A stretch of 64,000 nucleotides of DNA from an uncultured virus (IMG/VR IMGVR_UViG_3300025030_000078). Taxonomy: Duplodnaviria > Heunggongvirae > Uroviricota > Caudoviricetes. The DNA lies in IMG/VR virus record IMGVR_UViG_3300025030_000078; one strand, given 5' to 3'. The notes under the pieces were generated by a model. It was given only the letters and a program-made list of their open reading frames with translations, was not told the DNA's origin and made no database searches. The position numbers and the translations under genes are program-made. This document shows positions 8,623 to 18,230 of this stretch, in pieces (position 1 is the stretch's first letter; every line of letters begins with the position of its first letter).

Positions 8623-10719
8623 ATGGCTTACAAGACCGAAAGTCCAACAAAATCAAGAAGAAGCTTAACAAGAGCCTCCGCAAATTCAAGGGGTTACTCA
8701 AGCGTTTTAAGCGGGTTTTCTTCTTCTTTAAATGATGTAAGGAAAACTTTATTATCTGAGGCTTTATCCCGTATAAACTATGAGATAGAAGTTAACGCGT
8801 CTTCCAACGAAGATAAGTTAAATCTGTATGAAAACTATCTTGAAAACTTAACTCCCGGAACTTCCGAGTACTATGATACTGCGCTTAAGATTCAGAACCT
8901 TAGAGACTCTTTATCTACTGAGGATTTTAACTATGCTAAAGCTTTATATTCCGGTAATCAGATCTCTGCTGAGGAATACTATAGGATACTAAAAGAGAGG
9001 GTAAATGAGGATGATTTATCCGATAAAGAGAGAACTCAAAGAACTTTAGATCTTTGGGATTTTGAAAGAAAAGTTAAAAATAATGCTACGGACGATGCCT
9101 TAAGAGAGGCAGCTTTACAGGAAAGCCAGGGTATTATATCTGCTTTTGATAGGCTTTCTGTTATTCAGGCAGCTTACGATGCTGAGACCGACCCGGACCG
9201 AAAACAGACCCTTAAAGGACAACTTATTGCTCAAAGGGATGCCTCTGTAAAGGAAAATCAGTCTTATAGGGAGCTTATTATCAGAAAAGGTATCCAGGAA
9301 GGAACTGCCACTAAAAGTGATTTATTGGCTTTATATGCTGAGAAATATCAGACTGCGAAGACTCCAAACGATGCTTTACAGGCTGAAATAAGTTTACAAA
9401 ACCTTCTTAAGGAGGTTACAGCTGATAACAGTAAGATGTTTAAAAAGGAAGTAAAAGATATAGTAGCTGTTTTAGATAATAAGATTGAACAGGCAAGAAG
9501 AGACGGGGATGTAACCGCTCTTAAGCTTTTATATGATAACAAAGCTGGTGTTATTCAGCAGTTTTTCAATAGTGAGGATGTTTCTTTAGAAGATAAGGAA
9601 AGTTCTTCTACGTTTTTTACATTTTTAAAAGAAACCTACGGTAAAGATTACGATATTGACTCCGGAACGGTGATAGATGTAGCACCTACAGCCGAAAACA
9701 ACATTGAAATAGTAGAAGAGGCGTTACATAACCCCGATTCTTCTTTAATTGTAAGGACTTTTAGTCCCAGCGGTATCGGAACTAATAAGATTGTCAGAGG
9801 AGAAAAAACTACCATCACAAAACCCGACGGTACTATTGAAAATTTCTATGATTTTGGAAAAAATGTTGCTGTTTCAAGAATAGATACCTCTTTAACAAAG
9901 GAAGCTATTGACCCAATTACCGGACAGGTTTTAAAGGATGAGCAGGGAAATCCTATCAGGGTGGGTGCAACTCCTTCCGGGCGAGAACTTAAGAGTTTGC
10001 CTGATAATTACGGTGATGTTTTACAGGTTGGGAATCTTAAGCCTTTAAGTGCAAATGAGTTTAAGGGGGAGTATGTGGATCTTTATAAAGATTCCGGTGG
10101 AAATATGGTACGCGGTTACAAGGTTTATGGGGAGAGGTTCAAAAACACTTTGGGGGCACAGCCTGTTGCTGGGGAGAATAATGCGTTTTTACTTACCACA
10201 AAGGATAATCAGATACCTAATCAGAAGTATGTTAAAGAGCAGGAGCTTTACAGACCTACGATTAAAAATATTGTTGAGGGAATACCTAAAGGTGTAGTGA
10301 ATACTATAAAATCTGCTTTTACCCCCTCGTCCCAAGTACAAAGAGATACCCTTGCTATGCAGGGAATTGGTGACATAGCAAACGATGTTTCAAACACTAT
10401 AAAAAAGATTGATTTTAGCGGTCTTACCCAGGGAATTCAGAACAATGTGTCTGATATTAAGATTCCTGAAGTAAAACTGCCTGATTTTAGTAAGAATTTT
10501 GCTAATATTGAGAGTGATATTCAAAGGCAACTTCTAAGTAGTGTTTTTAAACCTAATGTTGTTTTAAATACTGTTTCGGGTAATTACACAAGAGCAATTA
10601 CCGGAGCTGTGACTAATTTTGTTAGAAACTCCCCTCTTGGGAATAATTTTATGAATTCGGTTGGAAATTTCTTTAGTGGTGCTCTCAATACTGTAAGAAA
10701 TTGGTTCGGAGGTAATTAA
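8623..10719 (+). CDS. Large virion protein, putative internal/ejection protein
   Basis: Helical N-terminal half; within the late operon. Confidence 0.5.
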   Translation: MAYKTESPTKSRRSLTRASANSRGYSSVLSGFSSSLNDVRKTLLSEALSRINYEIEVNASSNEDKLNLYENYLENLTPGTSEYYDTALKIQNLRDSLSTEDFNYAKALYSGNQISAEEYYRILKERVNEDDLSDKERTQRTLDLWDFERKVKNNATDDALREAALQESQGIISAFDRLSVIQAAYDAETDPDRKQTLKGQLIAQRDASVKENQSYRELIIRKGIQEGTATKSDLLALYAEKYQTAKTPNDALQAEISLQNLLKEVTADNSKMFKKEVKDIVAVLDNKIEQARRDGDVTALKLLYDNKAGVIQQFFNSEDVSLEDKESSSTFFTFLKETYGKDYDIDSGTVIDVAPTAENNIEIVEEALHNPDSSLIVRTFSPSGIGTNKIVRGEKTTITKPDGTIENFYDFGKNVAVSRIDTSLTKEAIDPITGQVLKDEQGNPIRVGATPSGRELKSLPDNYGDVLQVGNLKPLSANEFKGEYVDLYKDSGGNMVRGYKVYGERFKNTLGAQPVAGENNAFLLTTKDNQIPNQKYVKEQELYRPTIKNIVEGIPKGVVNTIKSAFTPSSQVQRDTLAMQGIGDIANDVSNTIKKIDFSGLTQGIQNNVSDIKIPEVKLPDFSKNFANIESDIQRQLLSSVFKPNVVLNTVSGNYTRAITGAVTNFVRNSPLGNNFMNSVGNFFSGALNTVRNWFGGN

Positions 10720-13700
10720 TGCCTTACAACAGACCGTCCTGGGCTTCCTCGGTCCGAAATAAATATGCAAAGCTTGTCCCAACTCTCGGCGGTGCTGAGG
10801 GGTATGCACGTGCTTCCGAAGATATTGGCATAAGACCTGAAGATATACCTGTTATCAGAAGAGGTCCTGCAAATATAGCCGATGTTTTACCGGGTGCTGG
10901 AGCTCAAAACGCTAAGGTAGATTTTAGTAGAAGTACAAACAATACTTATAACAACAGAAACTTTAATGTTACAGGAGCCAAACCCGGTCTTTTTGGGACT
11001 TTGGTTTCTTCAGGAAAGGTAACTTTAAGAAATGCTGGGGAACTTTTAAGTAAGCTTGACCCCTCTATGGTTATTGGTTCTGTAAAGGGAACGGTAGCTG
11101 AAACAGGGGAATCTTTTAAAAGGCTTTTTGGTGCTAATGCCTTAAATATCAGTAATTTTGTAACGGATGCTACATTTAGAAAAATGGCTTTGGGGCAGAA
11201 GTTAACGCAGGAGGAGATGGCTGCTTGGAGTGAAATGCGTGGTAAGGAGCTTTCCGATAAATATAAGAAGTTGGGACTTGATCCTACCAAGCAGTACGGT
11301 ATTGGCGATGCTGCTGGGGATGTGTTTAACGTGGTAACTGCCGCTGCCAGCGTAATACCTGTAGCAAAGGCGGGGGTTGCCGCTTTTAAAGCCGCTCCTA
11401 TTGTCGGTAGGACACTTATTTCTTCCTTTACAACCAAGATAGGTACAGAAGCTGTTAAAGATGCTGTAAAGGCTGGGGGACCTTTAATTATAGATACTGC
11501 TGGTAATGTTTTTGCTAAACCTACTTCTAAAGTTATAGTAAAGACATTTTTAACCGAAGGGTTAAAGGACGGGTTTAAGTTCTTTAATGCTACTGCTGGT
11601 ACTGTTGCTATTGAGGCTTATAAGCAGGGCGTAAATATTGAACTTATGAACGAGGTTAGAAAAATCATATCTCCTGAGGCGGCGCTAAGAATTGAAAGAG
11701 ACCAAAGAGCTTATGTTGGTTCTTTAAGTCTTGGAGAAAGGCTGACACTTGACTTAGCGGTAGGTATTTATCTTCCTTTTTATGTTCCCGGACTTAGGAC
11801 CACTTTTAACTTGGTAACAAACGGAAAGCAGGCAGTAGAGACCGCTATGATAAGTCGTGCTTTTGATAAAGCGTTTTCAGATCCTAAATCTATTGAAATT
11901 TTAAATAAGATATCTGAGGTTACTGATTTAGGCACAGGTCTTGCTGGGGATGTTCAGCTTAAGGGAAATCTTTTAAAACATCTTTCTACCGTTATGGGTG
12001 AAGACCAGGTAGCAATTACTACCGAGCACGTTTTAGAAACTATGGAATCTTGGGCTAAAAACCCTATCGCTGAGGTAGCTTTAAAAAGAGCGGAGCTTGA
12101 GAAGACTTCTACTAACCTTTCGTGGTATTCGGATAAACTTGGGCGCGCTTTAACTCCGGACGAGAGATTAATGCACTGGTTTATAACTGAAACCCAAGGT
12201 AAATATATCGGAGATTTAGGGGATAACCTTGCTTTTGAGTTTGAAAAAGCTTTAAAACTTAGAACTTCCGGTATTGCCGAAGGGTTTGAAGATGTTACAA
12301 AAATAGTTACAAGGCAGGAAGACATAAAGCTTCTTGCTGGAGACATTACCAGGGTCGGAGATGTGGGTTCTGCTAGATCTGCTATAGACGGAATGCTTCT
12401 TAATAAGACTGAGCTTTTATCCACTCTCAGGGATAAACTCAGAGGTCTTGGAGGGGATTTAATTGAAAGAGACGGAAAATTTATAATTCCTGAGCAGTTT
12501 GTAAAACTTCCTGAGATAGGTGATATAAAAAATGCTTTGAGGGATATAAACGAGGAGATACTTGCTACTATTTCTCAAGCTAAAGCTTTGGGAATATCGG
12601 ATAATATCTTAAAACTTCCTTCTAATAAATGGCTTCTTAAGGAGTGGGATGCTACTACAGCCTTTAACAGTATCAGAGCTTCTTCTGAGACGGCTCAGTT
12701 TCAGAGAGGTTTATTCCAAAACTTTGATTTAAAAAATATAAGTCAGATAAAACTATGGGCTAGTAAGAATGCTGAGGCTTTAGACAGAATCTTCTCCGGT
12801 GGGGGTGCTTCTCCTAAACTTAAAGCTATGTTTGCCGATGCTGTAATTGACTTTAGAAACTTTAACCCCGATGCTTCGGAGAACGATGTTTTACAGTTTT
12901 TACTTTCTCTTCCAAGCAAGGAGGAGGCTTTAGGACGTGTTCCTAAATGGGTTACAAGCACCTTAAGTAAAGCAGAAAAACTAACATTAAAAATGAATGA
13001 AGCTGTTTCTAACTTTGATAAACAACTTTTGGCTAACATAAGAGCCGGGGCGGATTTACCTAAACAAACTGTGGAAGATATCGTTACTGAAACTAGAAGG
13101 ATTGAGGCGCAATTACCTCGCGGGGCGTTTGCTCCTGAGTATTTATCCAAGACAAGCAGATGGGGAGCTGGGGTAACGGAGATTCCTTTAGCAGATGAGC
13201 CTTTAAAGGTTGAAGGCTGGGCAAAACTTATAGCTGATTTTTCAGATTCTAATGGGATAACAAGAGCTGTAACAGACTACCTGGTTCCTCATAACCCTAC
13301 AGATATTTATGTTAAGGCAATGAATAATCTATCAAATCTTATAGAAAAACAAGCTCCTGGTAAAACCGAGAGTGTTATGAGACAGATATCAAAGATTCAG
13401 GATAAAGGTATATCTCTTATACCGCTGATGCCTGGCGGCGGTCCCAAGTGGGAAGCTTTAGGTAAACCTATGGTATCTGGTGTTGATTGGAAGACTTTAG
13501 ATAAACTCGGAGCTTCCTTCGGCGTTGATAATCTCGGCAGGATGACAAGGGAAGCGTTTGTTAATGTTTTAACTGAGTCGGGTGTTCGTATGGGTATTGT
13601 AGACCGTCTAAGAGCTGCTCCTGGGATTGGGGCAATATACGATGCTTTATATAGACAATGGATGCTTACCCGTTTTGCTTTAAATCCTATGTTTCATGCT

Positions 13701-14720
13701 CAACAGGTTCCTGAAGCGGGTATTATAGGTATCTTAAGATCATTTAACTTGCCCGAAGGAATGTCTAAAAACTATATCCATTACGCAACAAGAAACCCTT
13801 TAACTTCTATGACTGCTGAGGAGCTTGAGCTTTATAAGGCTGTGTCTTCAAGGGGTTTGGGTAGAGGTACAAGAGATGCTCTAATGGACGTTGATATATT
13901 AAAGGGTACTACTTTGGAAGAAAATAAAAGACTTGCAGCCTTCATGGCGGAGTTCCCGGTTCAAGTCAGAGGACAACTTTTTGATATGCCCGCTTTAAAG
14001 AACGTAGATCCTTTGGTGCTGGAAGATTATAGGGACTGGATTTTAGGGCTACAGCAGAGTCCCAAAGCTATGGCGGATGCTATAAATGAGGCTTTTTCAA
14101 CTACTGGGTTTGATTTAAAAAGCGAGGCGATAAAAAGAGCTGTACAAACTACAAGGGTAGAGGTACAGAAATTTACTACTTATAACCTTAACAGGTCTGC
14201 TCTTGAAAAGGATTTACACGCCTTTCTTTTCCCGTTTTCTTATCAGAAGAAGTTTTGGACTGAGGTAGGAAAGTTCGTTGGCGGAGGTTCTGTACTCAGA
14301 CCTGTTGTAGTCAGCGAGGCTTTTAAAGGTATTTCCGATATAAACGATAGTCCTACTATGCAGGAAGTACGCGCCAAGTATCCTACGATGACTGGGTGGA
14401 TTTGGAACATACTTCCGTTTAATCCTACCTATCCTTTAATAGATATTACTCAGGGTAGTTATTGGTTGGGGGGTATTAGAGCAGATCCCACACAAGCAGT
14501 TCTGTGGGATACATTTGTAAATAGTAGTGGTAAATATAATCTTTTTGAAGACCCCACGGCAGCTGCACAAAAAGTAGGGGGCGGTGGCTTTAAGTTCTGG
14601 ACACAGGACGTAGCTACAGCTTTAAATGAGGTGTTCAAGCAGGAAACCCCGTCACAACAATCAAAATATATATGGATGCTTAACAGGCTTCGACAAGAAG
14701 CCGAGTTGCAAAAGCATTGA
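10719..14720 (+). CDS. Very large virion protein (1333 aa), putative DNA-ejection protein
   Basis: Ala/Gly-rich and helical; C-terminal FLFPFSY motif like podoviral internal proteins. Confidence 0.5.
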   Translation: MPYNRPSWASSVRNKYAKLVPTLGGAEGYARASEDIGIRPEDIPVIRRGPANIADVLPGAGAQNAKVDFSRSTNNTYNNRNFNVTGAKPGLFGTLVSSGKVTLRNAGELLSKLDPSMVIGSVKGTVAETGESFKRLFGANALNISNFVTDATFRKMALGQKLTQEEMAAWSEMRGKELSDKYKKLGLDPTKQYGIGDAAGDVFNVVTAAASVIPVAKAGVAAFKAAPIVGRTLISSFTTKIGTEAVKDAVKAGGPLIIDTAGNVFAKPTSKVIVKTFLTEGLKDGFKFFNATAGTVAIEAYKQGVNIELMNEVRKIISPEAALRIERDQRAYVGSLSLGERLTLDLAVGIYLPFYVPGLRTTFNLVTNGKQAVETAMISRAFDKAFSDPKSIEILNKISEVTDLGTGLAGDVQLKGNLLKHLSTVMGEDQVAITTEHVLETMESWAKNPIAEVALKRAELEKTSTNLSWYSDKLGRALTPDERLMHWFITETQGKYIGDLGDNLAFEFEKALKLRTSGIAEGFEDVTKIVTRQEDIKLLAGDITRVGDVGSARSAIDGMLLNKTELLSTLRDKLRGLGGDLIERDGKFIIPEQFVKLPEIGDIKNALRDINEEILATISQAKALGISDNILKLPSNKWLLKEWDATTAFNSIRASSETAQFQRGLFQNFDLKNISQIKLWASKNAEALDRIFSGGGASPKLKAMFADAVIDFRNFNPDASENDVLQFLLSLPSKEEALGRVPKWVTSTLSKAEKLTLKMNEAVSNFDKQLLANIRAGADLPKQTVEDIVTETRRIEAQLPRGAFAPEYLSKTSRWGAGVTEIPLADEPLKVEGWAKLIADFSDSNGITRAVTDYLVPHNPTDIYVKAMNNLSNLIEKQAPGKTESVMRQISKIQDKGISLIPLMPGGGPKWEALGKPMVSGVDWKTLDKLGASFGVDNLGRMTREAFVNVLTESGVRMGIVDRLRAAPGIGAIYDALYRQWMLTRFALNPMFHAQQVPEAGIIGILRSFNLPEGMSKNYIHYATRNPLTSMTAEELELYKAVSSRGLGRGTRDALMDVDILKGTTLEENKRLAAFMAEFPVQVRGQLFDMPALKNVDPLVLEDYRDWILGLQQSPKAMADAINEAFSTTGFDLKSEAIKRAVQTTRVEVQKFTTYNLNRSALEKDLHAFLFPFSYQKKFWTEVGKFVGGGSVLRPVVVSEAFKGISDINDSPTMQEVRAKYPTMTGWIWNILPFNPTYPLIDITQGSYWLGGIRADPTQAVLWDTFVNSSGKYNLFEDPTAAAQKVGGGGFKFWTQDVATALNEVFKQETPSQQSKYIWMLNRLRQEAELQKH

Positions 14721-14745
14721 CACCTATAGTATTTAGTTTTAGGAT
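14717..14745 (+). promoter_or_regulatory. Promoter for scaffold and capsid
   Basis: TTGACA-17-TAGGAT. Confidence 0.65.
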
Positions 14746-14774
14746 ATATGTATTGTTTAATACCTTGAAGGGGG

Positions 14775-15440
14775 GTGTTTAAATTGGAGCCTGATAAAAA
14801 ATTGCCTGATGAAACGTCTAAGGCTGATGAACCACTTAACGTAGAACCGGAAAAAAAGCCGGGAGAGCCGACAAGTGAGTCTAAGCCAACCGAACCGTCT
14901 AAAGAGGAACCTGTAAAAACTGAGGATCCTCAAAAAGCAATTCAGAAGCATGCCGATCTTCGTAAGAAGGCGGAAGAAGATGCAGAAGTCGCAAGAAAAG
15001 AAGCCGAGATAGCAAAAAAAGCTGCCGAGGAATCTGAAACTAAACTTGCAAACCTGCGTAAAGAGAAGGCTGAAATACAGATTAAAAATCGTATTCAGAA
15101 CTCGAATCTTCCGGAATCTATGAAGGAGAAAGCTTTAAAGGACCCCGTTAAGTGGCTAGTTGCACAGAATACGGATAAAGTTCCTGAAAAGCCTACTTGG
15201 GATGATATTGATACTCTTATCAATACTGAATTGGATGGTACGGTAACTGGTTATGAAACCGACTTTGGTCGTAAACCTTCGCCGAAATCCACCTTTATAG
15301 ATTTAGATAATGCTCCTGCGAGTGCTCCCGGTAAGGAGATATCTCGTAGTAAGCTTGCTGGTATGTCTCCTTACGAAATAGCTAAACTTCCTACGGAAGT
15401 TGTAGAAGAAATGAAGAAGAAGGAAGCAAGTAATAATTAA
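14775..15440 (+). CDS. Capsid scaffolding protein
   Basis: E/K/P-rich N-terminus and coiled coil, directly before the capsid gene. Confidence 0.75.
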   Translation: MFKLEPDKKLPDETSKADEPLNVEPEKKPGEPTSESKPTEPSKEEPVKTEDPQKAIQKHADLRKKAEEDAEVARKEAEIAKKAAEESETKLANLRKEKAEIQIKNRIQNSNLPESMKEKALKDPVKWLVAQNTDKVPEKPTWDDIDTLINTELDGTVTGYETDFGRKPSPKSTFIDLDNAPASAPGKEISRSKLAGMSPYEIAKLPTEVVEEMKKKEASNN

Positions 15441-15466
15441 ATCTTTGAGGAGGTGAAAAGTAAAAA

Positions 15467-16414
15467 ATGAGTGATTCAGGAATAGTTGCAATGGATTATG
15501 CCATTCCAGAAGTTTGGGCTGCGGAAGTTTTGGTGGAAGGTGAGAAACAGCAATTTTGGAGTCAGTTCGAGGGAGCGCAGGGCTCCGGAATGCCGGTTAT
15601 CCGAAAGGATGACTTGTCCAAAATGGCTGGTGATACCATCCATATCATCACAGTATCGAATCTAACAGGAGCCGGAGTTACCGGGGAAACCGCACTAGCT
15701 GATAGTGAGGAAACCTTAGTAGTCGGTGAAGTTCAGGTTACGATTGCCAGACTTAGACACGCTATCAGATTTACAAGAGATGCGATCCAACGATCGATAA
15801 TTGATTGTAGAACTGTTGCAAAAGGAAGGTTAGCCTACTGGTTAGCCGACAAATTGGATTCAGCCATGTTCACGATTGCAGGAACCGGAAATACATATAA
15901 TGTGTATGGAGGTACAGCAACCGGAACTGGTAACTTGACCTCCGGGTCAGGGAACGGTATGTCAGCTGCTTTAGTTTCGAGAACGAAAGTTAAGCTCTCG
16001 GATAACAAAGCACTTCCCATTAGAACGTCAAACGGAAACAAGTACTACGCACTAGTTATGCATACCTATGATGGGTATACATTGAAGCAGGACACCACAT
16101 TTAACAGTAATTTGTTAAGTGCTGCTGCTAGAGGCGAAAACCATCCTATCTTCACGGGTTCTTTAGGGATCTATGACGGTATGATATTGTACGTTTCTCA
16201 AAACGTATCTAATACAGATAGCAAATCTAAGTGTGTGGCGTTTGGTGGTGAGGCTTTTGCCAGAGCATATGGACAATACCCAGACTGGGTAGAGGAATGG
16301 TTTGACTACAAGAATAAACTTGGTATTGCTACATCCGTGGTCTATGGAGACAAGAGAGCAGTCGAAGCGAATTCAGTTGTGGTAAACACCTATGCTGCAA
16401 ACCCCAATGCCTAG
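15467..16414 (+). CDS. Major capsid protein (N4-gp56/DUF4043-like)
   Basis: IPEVWA, DDLSKMAGDTI, LRHAI and HPIFTGSLGIYDG motifs. Confidence 0.88.
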   Translation: MSDSGIVAMDYAIPEVWAAEVLVEGEKQQFWSQFEGAQGSGMPVIRKDDLSKMAGDTIHIITVSNLTGAGVTGETALADSEETLVVGEVQVTIARLRHAIRFTRDAIQRSIIDCRTVAKGRLAYWLADKLDSAMFTIAGTGNTYNVYGGTATGTGNLTSGSGNGMSAALVSRTKVKLSDNKALPIRTSNGNKYYALVMHTYDGYTLKQDTTFNSNLLSAAARGENHPIFTGSLGIYDGMILYVSQNVSNTDSKSKCVAFGGEAFARAYGQYPDWVEEWFDYKNKLGIATSVVYGDKRAVEANSVVVNTYAANPNA

Positions 16415-16585
16415 GGATCTGCTGACTAGCGGAGAATACAGGTAATCTCTATTACTCAACCTGTCCGTGAGGGAGGGACCCTTACACGGGGGTACGTTAA
16501 GCCCTTGTTTTAAAAGTAGATATTTGCAAATATCTCTCCTTCGGTATTCCCTTCCCGGAGGAGAGTTCATTGAGGGGAACATTGG

Positions 16586-17674
16586 ATGAACATATTATAT
16601 TTAGCAAACACGAAAGTTATCGATGGGTGCGGTTACTACCGAAATCTCCTACCTTCCCTGTATTTGGAGTCTTCGGGTATGGATACCTGCAAGATAACTA
16701 ATCAGATAGTCACAAAAACGGATAAAGATAAGAAGGGTAATATCACTAACGTATATTACGAGCTTTCTATTCTTCAATGGGCGGATATTTTAGTCTTTAA
16801 TAGGTTTTTGGATGCTCCTTACGAGCCCCTGGTAAAAACAATGATTCAGGCAGCCAAGCATTACAAGACCGCCATTATCTATGAAACTGATGATGATTTT
16901 TACAATATCCCTCTTTCCAATCCTGTAAGGGAGAATGCTTTAAGGGCTCTGCCTCTTATAAGAATAATGATGGAAGCTGCAGATGCTTATACGGTTACCA
17001 CTAAAAGACTCGGAGAAACGCTGGAAGAAAACTCTATCAGGGAAAAGCCTGTGTATGTACTTCCTAATTCGGTAGAAATCGGAAGATTTGTTGTTAAACA
17101 CGACCTGTTCTTAAAGCCTAAAAAGCCGGGAGTTATAAGGATAGGCTGGTCTGGGGGTGCTACCCATGTTAATGATTTTAAGAAGACCGGTTGTTTTGAC
17201 GCTTTAAAAGAGATTATGGCTACAAATAACGACGTTGAATTCGTTTTTATGGGTAGTTCTAATGTGGATGAAATATTTGACTTTAAGCACGAGTCTGTAG
17301 GCTTTGTTCCTATAGACATCTTCCCGGAAACCTTAAGAAGCCTGGACTTGGATATTGCTTTGTGCCCTTTGGAAGACTATAAGTTTAATTCAAACAAGTC
17401 TGCTATTAAATGGGAAGAGTATTCTGCTTGTGGTTACGTTACCGTCTATTCTAATGTTCCCCCCTACTCCGATGTTATAAAGGATGGGAAGACTGGTTTT
17501 GCTGTAAATAATACCAAGGAGGAGTGGGTAAGCACTATAAATAGACTTATAGCAGATAAGGGCTTAAGAACCCGAACTGCCAGGCTTGCCTTTTCTGAGG
17601 TCCATAATAAGTTCAACATGGAAAAGAACTTTATGTTGTGGCATAGGGCATATAAACAGGTCTTAAAACGCTAG
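16586..17674 (+). CDS. Glycosyltransferase, GT4/GT-B
   Basis: GCGYYR, YETDD, IGWSGGATH, DIALCPL..FN.NKSAIKWEEY motifs. Confidence 0.9.
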   Translation: MNILYLANTKVIDGCGYYRNLLPSLYLESSGMDTCKITNQIVTKTDKDKKGNITNVYYELSILQWADILVFNRFLDAPYEPLVKTMIQAAKHYKTAIIYETDDDFYNIPLSNPVRENALRALPLIRIMMEAADAYTVTTKRLGETLEENSIREKPVYVLPNSVEIGRFVVKHDLFLKPKKPGVIRIGWSGGATHVNDFKKTGCFDALKEIMATNNDVEFVFMGSSNVDEIFDFKHESVGFVPIDIFPETLRSLDLDIALCPLEDYKFNSNKSAIKWEEYSACGYVTVYSNVPPYSDVIKDGKTGFAVNNTKEEWVSTINRLIADKGLRTRTARLAFSEVHNKFNMEKNFMLWHRAYKQVLKR

Positions 17675-17745
17675 ACACTTGTTTACAAACCTTATTTGAC
17701 ATATAATTTGGTTGAAGGGAAAGTATAAAATTGGAGGATTTTTAG

Positions 17746-18219
17746 ATGCCTATAGCGCAATCTGATATAAAATTCTTTAAATCTGCTGCTACAGATTCAG
17801 ATGGTGGGGCTATTTCCGCGACTGAAATAACGGATAATACCTTAAATAACCTATTTGACGACGTTTCAGGGGATGAGGCTCAGGCTGGCGATGTTGAATA
17901 CCGAAAGATATTCATAAAAAACAACCACGGTTCTTTAACATGGATCGCGGTAAAGGCTTGGATTGAGTCTCTTACATCTTCTACGGACGACGAGATAGCT
18001 ATTTCACTATCTACTAACTTAACTGGGTCTAATGCTACTGGGGACGGTCAGAGCTACGTTGCTCCTACTGCCAAGACTCACGGCGATGTCTTGGTTGTTG
18101 GAAATCTTACTGCTGGTGGATATAAAGATATTTGGATCAGAAGGACCGTTAGTGCTGGAGCCGCTGCCTTTACAAACGACACGGCTGTTTTAAAAGCTGA
18201 AGGCGAAACAGCTGCCTAA
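17746..18219 (+). CDS. Virion structural protein
   Basis: NNLFDDVSGDE..AG.VEYRKIF motif seen in phage structural proteins; strong RBS. Confidence 0.6.
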   Translation: MPIAQSDIKFFKSAATDSDGGAISATEITDNTLNNLFDDVSGDEAQAGDVEYRKIFIKNNHGSLTWIAVKAWIESLTSSTDDEIAISLSTNLTGSNATGDGQSYVAPTAKTHGDVLVVGNLTAGGYKDIWIRRTVSAGAAAFTNDTAVLKAEGETAA

Positions 18220-18230
18220 CGTATTTTAAT

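Noticed and set aside
10946..13150. - strand ORFs inside the 1333-aa gene
   Set aside because: Antisense shadows caused by codon bias.
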